A DNA stretch of 20,000 bases, taken from IMG/VR virus record IMGVR_UViG_2667527737_000002; one strand, 5' to 3'. A program made the position numbers and the translations under genes. Below, one piece after another: positions 1-9,877 of this stretch. The stretch is from an uncultured virus (IMG/VR IMGVR_UViG_2667527737_000002). Lineage: Duplodnaviria > Heunggongvirae > Uroviricota > Caudoviricetes. The notes below the pieces were generated by a model. That model had not been told where the DNA came from. It was given only the letters and a program-made list of their open reading frames with translations, and did not search any database. Positions within the stretch are counted from its first letter, which is position 1, and each line of letters opens with the position of its first letter.

Positions 1-390
1 TTTTTTGTGGGGTTTTGATCTTTGTTTCTATTGCGCTTCTTCTTCAGGAGTTGCTTTTAAACAAGCAGTCACATTGACTTATATTGCCTGTCGGCGCATC
101 GCCATTTTTTATTTTGATATGGGGCTGTGCCGAAACAATGTAAGCTCATATTAAAGTCAATAAAATTAATATATTGATAATGCTGTTTTTTTGATTTCTT
201 TTAGCTCTTGAGGTGAGTTGATAAATATATCGCCTTGTATGTTTGTTTCGATTTAATAAGATTTTTGTCTTCGTTAATTTTAACCAAAAAATCAGAGATT
301 TCTTCGATTCCATAGTGCTTTATTCTGAAATGAATACCCTCCTGAGGTTAATGGTGAAATTTTATTCGAGATACTTTACCGGGAGACTGC

Positions 391-864
391 ATGACTGATA
401 TCTACTACCCACATGACAGCCTCCCTATGCCATTACAGGAAGGATACGGATTTCAGCCTGTGAGCCCGTTAAAACGAACCCAGTTAACCACCGGTCGCGC
501 GAGGCAAAGGCGAGCTTTTACGTCCACGCCGACGCAGGCCAGCATCACCTGGTTTATGGAAACCGATGCGCAGGGACTGGCGTTTGAGTCTTGGTTCCGT
601 GATGCGTTATCTGACGGGGCTGCATGGTTCATGATGAAGCTGCAGACGCCGGCAGGCATTAAGTTTTACAAATGCCGCTTTACAGATATTTATCAGGGAC
701 CGGTACTGGTGACCCCGATTTACTGGAAGTACACAGCGACGCTTGAATTATGGGAACGCCCCCTTGCTCCTGCCCCATGGGGTAATTACCCGGAATGGAT
801 CGTCGGCAGCTCACTGCTGGATATTGCGCTGAATAAGGAGTGGCCAAAGCATGACGCAGATTAA
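391..864 (+). CDS. Phage minor tail protein (lambda gpM/distal-tail-like)
   Basis: 157 aa ORF with GGGAGA RBS. The 'RTQLTTGRARQRR...F..WF...L.DG..WF' pattern is typical of siphophage distal tail proteins. First gene of an overlapping tail-tip cluster. Confidence 0.75.
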   Translation: MTDIYYPHDSLPMPLQEGYGFQPVSPLKRTQLTTGRARQRRAFTSTPTQASITWFMETDAQGLAFESWFRDALSDGAAWFMMKLQTPAGIKFYKCRFTDIYQGPVLVTPIYWKYTATLELWERPLAPAPWGNYPEWIVGSSLLDIALNKEWPKHDAD

Positions 865-1333
865 ACGCCTCTACGCCAGCAGCGGGCCGGAGGTGATCAT
901 TGAGACGCTGCAGATCACCATTGGTTCTAATGTCCATTACCTGTGCCAGGGTTACGAGGATATTACGGCAACGACGGAGAACGGCGATACCGTAACGTTT
1001 TCAGCCTGTGCGATAGACATTGCGCTGCCGGCGTGCAATGCGGACGGCACGCAGGACCTCAAATTTGCCCTGTGCAATATCGATGGTGTTGTGTCCACGG
1101 CGATCCGCTATGCCCTGGCTAACAGATTGCCTGCATGGCTGACGTACCGGAGTTATATCTCTACGGATTTAGCAGCGCCTGCGGCAGTGCCGTATACGCT
1201 GAAAATCAAGTCGGGCTCCTGGACGGCGACAGAGGTTCAGATCACTGCGGGTTACATGAACATCCTCGATACCGCCTGGCCGCGTTACCGCTACACGCTC
1301 CCTGTATTCCCCGGACTGCGTTATATCAGCTAA
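851..1333 (+). CDS. Phage tail-tip protein, DUF1833-like
   Basis: 160 aa, overlaps previous gene, TAAGGAG upstream. C-terminal 'WPRYRYTLPVFPGL' and its position between distal tail and NlpC genes fit this family. Confidence 0.7.
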   Translation: MTQIKRLYASSGPEVIIETLQITIGSNVHYLCQGYEDITATTENGDTVTFSACAIDIALPACNADGTQDLKFALCNIDGVVSTAIRYALANRLPAWLTYRSYISTDLAAPAAVPYTLKIKSGSWTATEVQITAGYMNILDTAWPRYRYTLPVFPGLRYIS

Positions 1334-1342
1334 GGAATCCCA

Positions 1343-1723
1343 ATGTTCAACCCTGATAAATACCGTTCTGTTAAATGGCAGAAGGGCGGCAGAGCCTACC
1401 CGCTACTTGACTGCTTCGGCATTGTGAACGAGATACGCCGCGATCTGAATTTACCCGTCTGGCCCGATTTTGCAGGGGTAACCAAAGACGACGGCGGCCT
1501 CGACCGGGAAGCACGCCGGATGATGCTTACCCTTGAGCGCTGCGAACCCTGCGAAGGGGCCGGGGTGGCCTGTTATTCCGGGTCGACTGTCACCCACGTA
1601 GGGATCGTGGTCAGTATCGGTGGTCTGTTGCATGTGGCGGAATGCAACCCGGGTACGAACGTCACCTTTCTGCCGTTGCCGCGGTTTAAGCGGCGATTTG
1701 TCAAAGTGGAGTTTTGGCAATGA
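1343..1723 (+). CDS. NlpC/P60-like tail assembly protein (gpK-like)
   Basis: 'W.KGGR.YP.LDCFG' catalytic Cys motif and 'HVGIV' His motif; TAAGGA RBS; stop overlaps next start (ATGA). Confidence 0.8.
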   Translation: MFNPDKYRSVKWQKGGRAYPLLDCFGIVNEIRRDLNLPVWPDFAGVTKDDGGLDREARRMMLTLERCEPCEGAGVACYSGSTVTHVGIVVSIGGLLHVAECNPGTNVTFLPLPRFKRRFVKVEFWQ

Positions 1724-4700
1724 CCATTCGTTTTTACCCGTCCCGGCTTCCCGGTGAACCACTCGAAACGCATGAGCATGGTGTAACCAGTATTCGCAGC
1801 TGGCTGGTGGCAAATGTTGAAGGCTACGAGGATCGGGATGTCCCACCGCTTACCGTTGAGGTTGAGGGGCTGTTAATTCCTCCAGGTGAGTGGGCCACCT
1901 GCGTGATTCGCCCTGATAGTGATGTCAGGCTTTATCCGGTTCCATTCGGGCTGGAGGCCGCCACAATCGCGTGGATCGGTATCGGTATCTCCGTTGCCGC
2001 TGCAGCCTATTCGCTTGTTTTGATGAGCAACATCGATACGGGCGGCTATACCTCATCCACAGGGCGGAGTCTCGACCTGAACCCGGCGCGGGCCAACACC
2101 GCAAAACTCGGTGATGCCATTCGTGAGGTGTTTGGCCGGGTGCGTATCTACCCGGATTATGTGGTGCAGCCGGTTACCCGGTTTGATGCCGCCGATCCTA
2201 CGAAAATGCGCGTCCAGATGCTGCTGTGTCTCGGTGTCGGTGATCTGATTTATACCAATGGCGATATCCGGGTAGGCAGCACTCCTGCATCGACGCTGCC
2301 GGGTTTCAGCAGCATCCATTACCCGCCAGGCGCGGACGTTTCCGGCGATGAGCGCAGTGAAAACTGGGTCAAAAGTACGGAGGTCGGCGGGACATCATCC
2401 GGTACAGGGCTGGATATGGCCCAGACGTCGCCGGATGCCGACGATATTATCGCAGACAGCATGACCGTATCCGGTTCGAGCGTAACGTTTACCGGGCTGG
2501 ATACGGATGATGATGACGATAATGACGAGAACGATAACGCACTGCCGCCCAGTTGGGTCGCTGGCGCCGTGGTCGAACTGAAAGCCCCGGCGAACTACCA
2601 GGTCACTACGGCGGCTGGATACAGCGTTATCGCAAGCCCGCTGCTGACGGAGATCGCGCCGGTAGTAGGTATGCCGGTAACGCTGGGGTTTAACTCAGTC
2701 GATTACGATCTGTTTATCGCGTCATATACCCCCGGCCAGGCTGCAGTGCCCGGCACCGGGGAGAGTGCAGCAAAACTCCAGGCCAGTGCGGCCCCGACCA
2801 CCTACGATTTTTCGACCAGCTCCAGCACGTTCACGATCACCTGGCAGGGGGTTACCTACCCGGTGTCGCTGGTGGCTAACTACGTCTCGATGTCGGGACT
2901 GCTGGCGGCCATCACCGAGGGACTCACTGGCTCCGGCCTGGTTGCGCAGGACAACGGCGGCACCGTACTAATAACCGAGGCGGCCAGTCCGTTCGCGGGT
3001 GGGGCGATCACTTCCTCTTCACTGCCTGCAGCTGTTTTCGGTGATGCCCCGGTTTACACCTCCGGCACGGCATCAACCGGCGGCAGCCCGGCGGTAACGG
3101 CGAATGTGACACTCGCTTATAACTCTGCCACGGGAACGGCCTTTTCCGGCATGCCGGAGGGGGTGCAACGGCTTTCACTTGCTCACCGCGGGAGTGAGTA
3201 CCGCATTGTCTCAGCCGATGGTACAACGGCGACGGTGGCGCGCCTGGTTAACGGCGCCGTTGATGAGTCATGGCCGGGTTTCACCGCCAGGACGATGATT
3301 GACTATGAGGCCACTGGCCTTAACGACACGCTGAGCTGGCTGGGGCCGTTCCTCGTATGCCCTGAAAATGAAGTAGTGGATGCGTTCGAGGTGAATTTCT
3401 CCTTCCCGAACGGTATTTGCGGCTTTGACAGCAAGGGGAAAAAGCGGCTTCGGCATGTTGAGTGGGAGATTCAGTATCGCGTCTACGGTTCCGGATCGGG
3501 GTGGGTGAGTCACCAGGGAGAGTATGCGCTTAAAAACGTCAACGGGTTAGGTTTCACTGAGCGGATCACCCTCAGTTCTCCGGGTCTGGTAGAGGTTCGC
3601 TGCCGTCGGCGCAATGAGCAGGGCTCAAATAACGCGAGAGACAGTATGTACTGGCATGCACTGCGCGGGCGACTGCTGACGCGCCCTTCATCCTATCCCG
3701 GTGTGTCGTTGATGGCGGTGACCGTCGAGACGGGCGGGAAGCTGGCGGCTCAGTCGGACCGCCGCGTAAACGTTGTGGCCACGCGCGCCTATGAAACCGG
3801 AACGGCCAGAACTATCTCGGGTGCTCTGCTGCATGTCGGGAACTCGCTGGGGCTGGAGATGGATGTCGACACCATCAACGCGCTGGAGTCTGCGTACTGG
3901 ACGCCACGGGGCGAAAATTTCGATTTCGCCACGGGCGACAGTATCTCAGCGCTGGAAATGCTGCAGAAGATAGCCAACGCCGGGAAGTCACGTTTTCTGC
4001 TGAGTGATGGCCTGGCGACGGTCAACCGTGAGGGGATTAAGCCCTGGACCGGCGTGATCACTCCGCATGAGATGGTGGAAGAGCTGCAGAGCGGATTTAC
4101 CGTACCGTCCGACGATGATTTTGATGGTGTCGACGTGACGTACATCAACGGCGTCACCTGGGCAGAGGAGACCGTTAAATGCCGGACGCCGGACAATCCC
4201 ACGCCGGTGAAAATCGAGAACTACAAACTCGATGGGGTACTGAATCAGGATCACGCCTACCAGATCGGCATGCGTCGCCTGATGAAATACCTGCAGCAGC
4301 GGGTGACGTTCCAGACCACTACCGAGCTGGACGCGCTGTGCTACAACACGGGCGATCGCATTGTGCTCACGGATGATATTCCGGGTAACAACACGATTTC
4401 CTGTCTGGTGGAGGCGATGACAACGGCTGGTGGCGTGACAACGTTCACCGTTACGGAGCCGCTGGACTGGTCTTTCGAAAATCCCCGAGCGCTGATCCGC
4501 TATCAGGATGGCTCTGCATCCGGACTGATGGTGGCGAGCAGGGTGGGTGATTTTCAGCTGACAGTCCCGCACCTGAGCGAGTTTGATGACCCGATGAAGG
4601 TTGACCTGTCGTCGGCAACCATCGAGCCGATCCGCCTGGTGTTCTGCGGCTCAACGCGCCACGTCTACGACGCCATTGTAGAGGAGATCGCTCCGCAGTC

Positions 4701-4788
4701 AGACGGAACCTGTCAGGTCAACGCTAAAGAATACCTCGAATCGTTCTACCAGTACGACGACGCCACATACCCCGGCGACGCTGCTTAA
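1720..4788 (+). CDS. Host-specificity/central tail tip protein (TipJ-like, with fused gpI-like N-terminus)
   Basis: ~1022 aa from the ATG at 1720 (ATGA overlap). 'N.AKLGDAIREVFGRVRIYPDY' motif, hydrophobic Gly/Ala segment near the N-terminus, position at end of tail-tip module. Confidence 0.85.
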   Translation: MTIRFYPSRLPGEPLETHEHGVTSIRSWLVANVEGYEDRDVPPLTVEVEGLLIPPGEWATCVIRPDSDVRLYPVPFGLEAATIAWIGIGISVAAAAYSLVLMSNIDTGGYTSSTGRSLDLNPARANTAKLGDAIREVFGRVRIYPDYVVQPVTRFDAADPTKMRVQMLLCLGVGDLIYTNGDIRVGSTPASTLPGFSSIHYPPGADVSGDERSENWVKSTEVGGTSSGTGLDMAQTSPDADDIIADSMTVSGSSVTFTGLDTDDDDDNDENDNALPPSWVAGAVVELKAPANYQVTTAAGYSVIASPLLTEIAPVVGMPVTLGFNSVDYDLFIASYTPGQAAVPGTGESAAKLQASAAPTTYDFSTSSSTFTITWQGVTYPVSLVANYVSMSGLLAAITEGLTGSGLVAQDNGGTVLITEAASPFAGGAITSSSLPAAVFGDAPVYTSGTASTGGSPAVTANVTLAYNSATGTAFSGMPEGVQRLSLAHRGSEYRIVSADGTTATVARLVNGAVDESWPGFTARTMIDYEATGLNDTLSWLGPFLVCPENEVVDAFEVNFSFPNGICGFDSKGKKRLRHVEWEIQYRVYGSGSGWVSHQGEYALKNVNGLGFTERITLSSPGLVEVRCRRRNEQGSNNARDSMYWHALRGRLLTRPSSYPGVSLMAVTVETGGKLAAQSDRRVNVVATRAYETGTARTISGALLHVGNSLGLEMDVDTINALESAYWTPRGENFDFATGDSISALEMLQKIANAGKSRFLLSDGLATVNREGIKPWTGVITPHEMVEELQSGFTVPSDDDFDGVDVTYINGVTWAEETVKCRTPDNPTPVKIENYKLDGVLNQDHAYQIGMRRLMKYLQQRVTFQTTTELDALCYNTGDRIVLTDDIPGNNTISCLVEAMTTAGGVTTFTVTEPLDWSFENPRALIRYQDGSASGLMVASRVGDFQLTVPHLSEFDDPMKVDLSSATIEPIRLVFCGSTRHVYDAIVEEIAPQSDGTCQVNAKEYLESFYQYDDATYPGDAA

Positions 4789-4816
4789 TATCAAAAAAAT
4801 CCCTTTCAACTTTTCT

Positions 4817-4842
4817 TTCGCTCAAACCCTCGTTTGGGCGAA
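4817..4842 (+). repeat. Left invertase crossover site (gix/hix-like, 26 bp)
   Basis: TTCGCTCAAACC-CT-CGTTTGGGCGAA: 12-bp imperfect arms around an asymmetric CT core, with the TT..AAAC..GTTT..AA pattern of Hin/Gin/Cin sites; 25/26 identical to the reverse complement of 9809-9834. Confidence 0.9.
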
Positions 4843-4864
4843 TACCGTTTTGGAGCAAAAAAAC

Positions 4865-7207
4865 ATGGCCGAACTTAACCCGCCACTGGGCACGACGACG
4901 CCGGAAATATTCATGGACAACGTTAAGCGCGCTGACGAGCTGGTTAACGGTCCGGCCGGAACGGTTGACGACCGCGGCGGTGAACCGCTCGATACCTGGC
5001 GCCAGATGATGGCGAAAAACGATGAGGTAAGGCAGAACCTGATCCCACTTAGTAAGCAGTATCAGACGCTGGCGGCAGCGCAGGCGGATATTGTGAATAT
5101 TCCGGTGGGGTCGACCACGTATTACCGTAGCCCGGATGACAGCGCTTTAGCTGTAGAAGTGATCAATAACGCCGGTACGCTGCAGCCTACCGGGCGGAAA
5201 ATGCCATCTTATTCTTCGCTACGCGGGGCGAACATTCTGTTTGATGCTCTGAATGAATATTCAGCAAATGATCCTAAATTCGGTGCGTGGGACTGGTATC
5301 GCGGAGCAGTGGTCACTTTCAGCACTACTGATGCTAATATTCCGTTACCGACTCCAGTGGCACAGTATTCCGGCGTATGGTCTGCAGATAAATATTATGA
5401 CCTTGCCCGCCTGCCTGTAAGGGTTGGTGATAAGTTAACCTTTTCCGTGCTGGCGTGGTTCCAGGATGCCGGTGCTAAGTTCCATATTTTCTGGATGTCC
5501 ACCGCTGGCGCTGTTATTTCGTCTAAATCACAGCTTGCTCTGGCCGCCGGTATAAATACGCCGGTTATCACAGATGTCATTCCATCCGGCGCATCCTACG
5601 TCAGGATCCGGGTTGAAAATACTACGGCAGGGATATTTAAGGTCGGTGCTTATGCTGCTGCGTTGGGGGCTATTCAGCCTGATTTTGTTCGCGCCACGCC
5701 GGATAAAACTTATCTGTCAGCCGTCATATCATCCGGTATTTCGGGGTTAACATCACGCGTCGATGCGCTGCAGGGGGCTATCTCTGTTGGTTATGCTTAT
5801 GCAGCTGCCTGGCAAGTCGGGAAATTTATCAACCCAACTACAGGGGCCATCACTGATAACTCTGCGCTGAACTGCGCAATCATTCCGCATTCCGACGGGG
5901 ATGGCTGGCTGGTGACAGCCCTTGTGACAGGATCGGCGACTGCTCTGGCCGTGTACATGAACAGCGCCGGGATGGTATTGGGTGTTGAAGGGCGGGGAAC
6001 GGCAACCCCGCAGCAGTATACAAATTATCGTCTGAACGTTCCTGCCGGGACAACACAGATCGGTATAACCGGTCGTAACTCTGCGGAAATTCCTGTTAAA
6101 AAACTTGCTGTCGTTGAGACGGCCACAGTTCTGGCATCGATCGATTCTCTGGATGTCAGGGTACAGACAATAGAGGACTCTCTTGTATATGATTTTATTA
6201 AACAGGACGTCACGATTACCTCAGGAGCATATATAAACCGTGCTGATGGCAGTGTGGTGGTAAATGCTGCATTTGACTGTGCAATTTTTAATTATACAGC
6301 AGGAGACCGCTGGAAAGTCACAGCGAGGGTTAACGGCAGTGGAGTTTCACTCGCGGTGTATATGAACAGTGCCGGGACGGTTATCGGCACCGAAGGGAAC
6401 GGTACTACAGAATCGGTGGACTACACCGATTACGAGCTAACACCTCCTTCCGGCACCGCCAAAATCGGGATTACCACCCGTATAGCTGTGCCCATTATTG
6501 CCAAAAAATATGTAGTCGTACCCGGCGGAGGAAGTTCGGTGAGTCCGTGGTCTGAAAAAATTATCGATGTGATGGGTGACAGCAACGTTGCCTATAACAA
6601 ATGGCAACCCCTTGTCGCGGAGGCGCTGGGGTGTTCATTCCTGAATCATGGTATCGGTGGTTCGAAAATAGCCAAACCGGATAGCTCATCAACGCAAATC
6701 AGCATGTGCGACGATGCTCGAATTAATGCCCTGGACACATCAGCAGCGGCGTGGATTTGTGGCCCGTGGGGGACAAATGACTGGGCGCAAAATATTCCGA
6801 TTGGAACTATCACCGACACAGTAAACACAACTGTTTATGGTGCGCTGAACATCATCGCTCAGAAGTTGCGTGCGCGGTTCCCAACAAAACCTATCCTGTG
6901 GGCCACGCCGTTCAATGGGGACTATGATTCTCCACGCTCAGCGGCATGGGTTGACGGTGAAACAAATGGTTATGGGCGGGTTTCTGACTATGCAGCGGCC
7001 ATACGCGCCGTGGCGTTGCGATATGGATTCCCCCTAATAGACCTTAACGCTGACTGTGGCTGGACAAAATTCAATAGCACCAGTTTTTTGTTAACCGAGG
7101 GGGATACAAATCCGTCCCGTATCCACCTCAATGCAGACGCGGGGCCTGTACGAATTTCTTCTCTGGTAACAGACCGACTTACTGCTCTTCAGAAACTGGT
7201 TGGCTAG
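4865..7207 (+). CDS. Tail spike/receptor-binding protein A with repeated putative carbohydrate-binding modules and C-terminal SGNH esterase domain
   Basis: ATG at 4865 after GGAG. N-terminal anchor 'MAELNPPLGTTTPEIF...DTWRQMMAKND' shared with 8034-9785. SGNH blocks 'VMGDSN', 'GIGG', 'GTND', 'IHLN'. Internal duplicated ~86 aa module. Confidence 0.85.
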   Translation: MAELNPPLGTTTPEIFMDNVKRADELVNGPAGTVDDRGGEPLDTWRQMMAKNDEVRQNLIPLSKQYQTLAAAQADIVNIPVGSTTYYRSPDDSALAVEVINNAGTLQPTGRKMPSYSSLRGANILFDALNEYSANDPKFGAWDWYRGAVVTFSTTDANIPLPTPVAQYSGVWSADKYYDLARLPVRVGDKLTFSVLAWFQDAGAKFHIFWMSTAGAVISSKSQLALAAGINTPVITDVIPSGASYVRIRVENTTAGIFKVGAYAAALGAIQPDFVRATPDKTYLSAVISSGISGLTSRVDALQGAISVGYAYAAAWQVGKFINPTTGAITDNSALNCAIIPHSDGDGWLVTALVTGSATALAVYMNSAGMVLGVEGRGTATPQQYTNYRLNVPAGTTQIGITGRNSAEIPVKKLAVVETATVLASIDSLDVRVQTIEDSLVYDFIKQDVTITSGAYINRADGSVVVNAAFDCAIFNYTAGDRWKVTARVNGSGVSLAVYMNSAGTVIGTEGNGTTESVDYTDYELTPPSGTAKIGITTRIAVPIIAKKYVVVPGGGSSVSPWSEKIIDVMGDSNVAYNKWQPLVAEALGCSFLNHGIGGSKIAKPDSSSTQISMCDDARINALDTSAAAWICGPWGTNDWAQNIPIGTITDTVNTTVYGALNIIAQKLRARFPTKPILWATPFNGDYDSPRSAAWVDGETNGYGRVSDYAAAIRAVALRYGFPLIDLNADCGWTKFNSTSFLLTEGDTNPSRIHLNADAGPVRISSLVTDRLTALQKLVG

Positions 7208-7241
7208 CCACCAGTCTAACGTTGCTGCCTTAAACATGCTG

Positions 7242-7274
7242 AACTCCCCCGGTGTGCCTCCGGGGGAGTTTTTT
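7242..7274 (+). terminator. Intrinsic terminator between the convergent spike cassettes
   Basis: Perfect 11-bp stem AACTCCCCCGG / CCGGGGGAGTT with 7-nt loop, followed by a T run on the + strand; only a short T run on the - strand. Confidence 0.8.
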
Positions 7275-8031
7275 AATCCATAGATAATAAGAACTGCGCA
7301 ACAGAAACCTTCTCTGCTGAAGTAAGCACGCCCTCCATCAACAAAACCGACTTGATATACTTGGTCGTTGTTTCGTTGTTGTTATCAGTTTTCCTCCCCA
7401 GCAGGACATTATTTGTTCCGGCCACTCGGGTCCCAGAGAAAGCAGCTGATGATGATATCAGTGCCCCGGTCTGCGGGTTGTAAATATCAACGGTTACCGT
7501 CCCCTGGGTTATCGAGGCAGCAAACGCGAACAGATCACCTACGGCGATAGAGGCCGGGAATGCCGCATAGGCATACCCGGCCGAGGACTGACCATTATTC
7601 TGGCCTACACAAAAGAGATTCCCGGTCCCGTTCGTGAAGCCAATTGAAAAGCCACTCGCTGCTGAACCGCTACCTGAAAAATCTGCGATCATATGGGCGT
7701 TCAGTGAAGCCCCTCCGGCATTCCGTTTAGCCACACCACAGATTGTCAGCGTCAAAGGTGCTTTCTGGTTTGTATCCAGATAATCAGTATTGTTAACAGA
7801 GATATAACCGTCAGCATTATTCAGAGAACCATTGATGACGGCCGGAGCGTTTTTGTTATAGGAGTTATAAGTGATATCAGGCGCTGGCTCTCCAAAATAA
7901 TAACCAGCGAACGGTGTTGCACTGACATCCGGGAGCCCGACGAACCAGTTTGAAATAGTAAAGTCATCAAGGGTTTTCATCCCCGGTATGACGGGACCGT
8001 TCATATCAAGTAAAATGGCTGTAATAGGCAT
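7273..8031 (-). CDS. Hypothetical beta-rich protein, possibly ConA/LamG-like partner of spike B
   Basis: 252 aa, starts 2 nt after the spike B stop with RBS CAGGAG inside its last codons. Alternating beta-strand pattern ('LTICGVAK', 'FAFAASI', 'VLLGR'). The fold is inference. Confidence 0.6.
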   Translation of the reverse strand: MPITAILLDMNGPVIPGMKTLDDFTISNWFVGLPDVSATPFAGYYFGEPAPDITYNSYNKNAPAVINGSLNNADGYISVNNTDYLDTNQKAPLTLTICGVAKRNAGGASLNAHMIADFSGSGSAASGFSIGFTNGTGNLFCVGQNNGQSSAGYAYAAFPASIAVGDLFAFAASITQGTVTVDIYNPQTGALISSSAAFSGTRVAGTNNVLLGRKTDNNNETTTKYIKSVLLMEGVLTSAEKVSVAQFLLSMD

Positions 8032-8033
8032 AA

Positions 8034-9785
8034 TTACTCCTGAAAAAATTCTTTTTTGATTTTATTTATCAATATATATGCGCCAAGAGAGCTCAGGTGC
8101 AAACCATCCTCCCAGGCCCCATTGCTGTTATCGTACGTTTTCGAGAATAGCTGATATCCACTAATGAAGTTGACGTTATACTCAACAGCCAGTTCACGCA
8201 TGACAGCATCGTACTCTGACAGAGCTGGAGTACCAGTTGCATTACAGTGACCCGGTGACACCAGGCAAATACAGATGCCGGGCGTAGCTTCCCGAAACTT
8301 TGTAATTATTTCCACCAGTCCATTTCTATATTGCGTTGTCCCCTTGCTTAACCTGAAATCGTTTGTACCAAGGATGACGAACAACAAATCAATATCGAGA
8401 TACTGTACAACAGGTTTGATCCACTCAGAAAAATTAAAGAAATCACTTCCTATAGCCCCGCCATTCCCCATCCTTGAAACCGTTACGCCGGAACGCACAG
8501 CGCTGTTCTTTCCATACATCCCCAAAATGGATACAACCCCACTTCCCAGGCTCTGAATCGTTACGCTATGGGCTGTTGCGGATAGCCCACTGATATCGTG
8601 CTTTTTAGCTGCTCCGGTGTTCGCACCATTGACTGTTACAGGTGTGCCGCCATCAATTGTGATGGTAAACGAACCGGAACCATCATAATAGAAAACTGAA
8701 AGAGCGGTTGCTGTAATACCGGTCCAGGCCAGAGACCCAACAGTATTGTTATTGTAATACCCATTCCCATCAGGTCCGCATCCATACGGTGGCGGGTTCG
8801 TGTTATTACTCCCTCCATCATATTTCGTAAAGTTTGTTGCAACGACAGGCGATATGCCAGCCATGACACCATCAGCGCGGTTAGAGCAACTTATCCAGGC
8901 CGGGTCTTTATATATCCCACCAAGAACATTAATTAATAATTGTGGAATCGTGTTTTTTTCGTTCCATGAGTCACCAAAAAAAGCGGTATTAACACTCGCT
9001 GCCTGCCCACTGAAAACACGACCTTTTTTAAAGTTGAACTTATACTGGTCTCCTTCAATAAATGAACTGTCTGATTTTGCAGAAGCCCCACCGACAAGAT
9101 TTAAGATATACTTTTCAATATTTGGCCCAAATCCATAACCGTCATACATACCGTTATGGAACCATGCATAAACATTTCCATTTCTGTCGTGAACAAACGG
9201 AAAGTAATTTGGAGAGTAGTCTCCCTGGGGGAGAAATTTTTGTGCCCAGGCGTTAGGTACTGACTCAATGATTGTTCGTGCATTAGCGCCAAAATCAGCA
9301 ACGTCCCAACGTCCACCATCAAACCACGCGTAAACATTTCTGTTTCTATCGAAAAAAACAGGAAACCATGTCGACAGGTATTGACCAGGGACGAGTCGCT
9401 GATTGAGCTTTTTGTCGATGGTTTCTTCTGAGGGCAACACATTCCCGGTGGGTACCAGTGTTCCGGCTTCGTTTAAATACTCAATTGCTACTGCGTCGTC
9501 AGTGCTGCGGACATAGCAAACTGAGTCCACCGGTATCTGACCGTTGTTCACGGCTGCCTGTGCTTCCGATAATGTCGAATAGGGTAATCCAAGCGCAGTA
9601 ATACTTTTGCGGGCGTCTTCAGTAACCTGATCATTTTTCGCCATCATTCCGCGCCAGGTATCCAGCTCAACGCCAGCGCGATCCGGCTCAGTCAGCTCGG
9701 ACCCATTGACCAGCTTATCCAGGCGCTCGGCATTATCGAGCAGCACAGCGGGAGACGTGCTCCCCAGCTCCGGGTTAAAGGCCAT
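8034..9785 (-). CDS. Tail spike/receptor-binding protein B with SGNH esterase domain (antisense to tail operon in this orientation)
   Basis: 583 aa. N-terminal anchor 'MAFNPELGSTSPAVLLDNAERLDKLVNG...DTWRGMMAKND' homologous to spike A. SGNH blocks 'FFGDSW', 'GNGG', 'LGTND', 'DGLH'. Confidence 0.85.
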   Translation of the reverse strand: MAFNPELGSTSPAVLLDNAERLDKLVNGSELTEPDRAGVELDTWRGMMAKNDQVTEDARKSITALGLPYSTLSEAQAAVNNGQIPVDSVCYVRSTDDAVAIEYLNEAGTLVPTGNVLPSEETIDKKLNQRLVPGQYLSTWFPVFFDRNRNVYAWFDGGRWDVADFGANARTIIESVPNAWAQKFLPQGDYSPNYFPFVHDRNGNVYAWFHNGMYDGYGFGPNIEKYILNLVGGASAKSDSSFIEGDQYKFNFKKGRVFSGQAASVNTAFFGDSWNEKNTIPQLLINVLGGIYKDPAWISCSNRADGVMAGISPVVATNFTKYDGGSNNTNPPPYGCGPDGNGYYNNNTVGSLAWTGITATALSVFYYDGSGSFTITIDGGTPVTVNGANTGAAKKHDISGLSATAHSVTIQSLGSGVVSILGMYGKNSAVRSGVTVSRMGNGGAIGSDFFNFSEWIKPVVQYLDIDLLFVILGTNDFRLSKGTTQYRNGLVEIITKFREATPGICICLVSPGHCNATGTPALSEYDAVMRELAVEYNVNFISGYQLFSKTYDNSNGAWEDGLHLSSLGAYILINKIKKEFFQE

Positions 9786-9808
9786 ATTTTTTGCTCCAAA
9801 AAAGAGGC

Positions 9809-9834
9809 TTCGCCCAAACGAGGGTTTGAGCGTA
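9809..9834 (-). repeat. Right invertase crossover site (26 bp, inverted relative to left site)
   Basis: Plus strand TTCGCCCAAACG-AG-GGTTTGAGCGTA; reverse complement matches 4817-4842 at 25/26; lies 43 bp upstream of the invertase ATG. Confidence 0.9.
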
Positions 9835-9877
9835 AGAGTAGAGCTTTTTACAATCAGCTATTTCAACGGGTTACAAC

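Noticed and set aside
1..390. AT-rich stretch before the minor tail gene with short minus-strand frames (e.g. ~55 aa from 313)
   Set aside because: Frames are short or interrupted and have no recognisable motif. It could be a decayed moron but cannot be supported from this window.
2500..2540. Acidic low-complexity run (DTDDDDDNDEND) in the TipJ-like gene
   Set aside because: In-frame low-complexity linker with no evidence of a contingency repeat.
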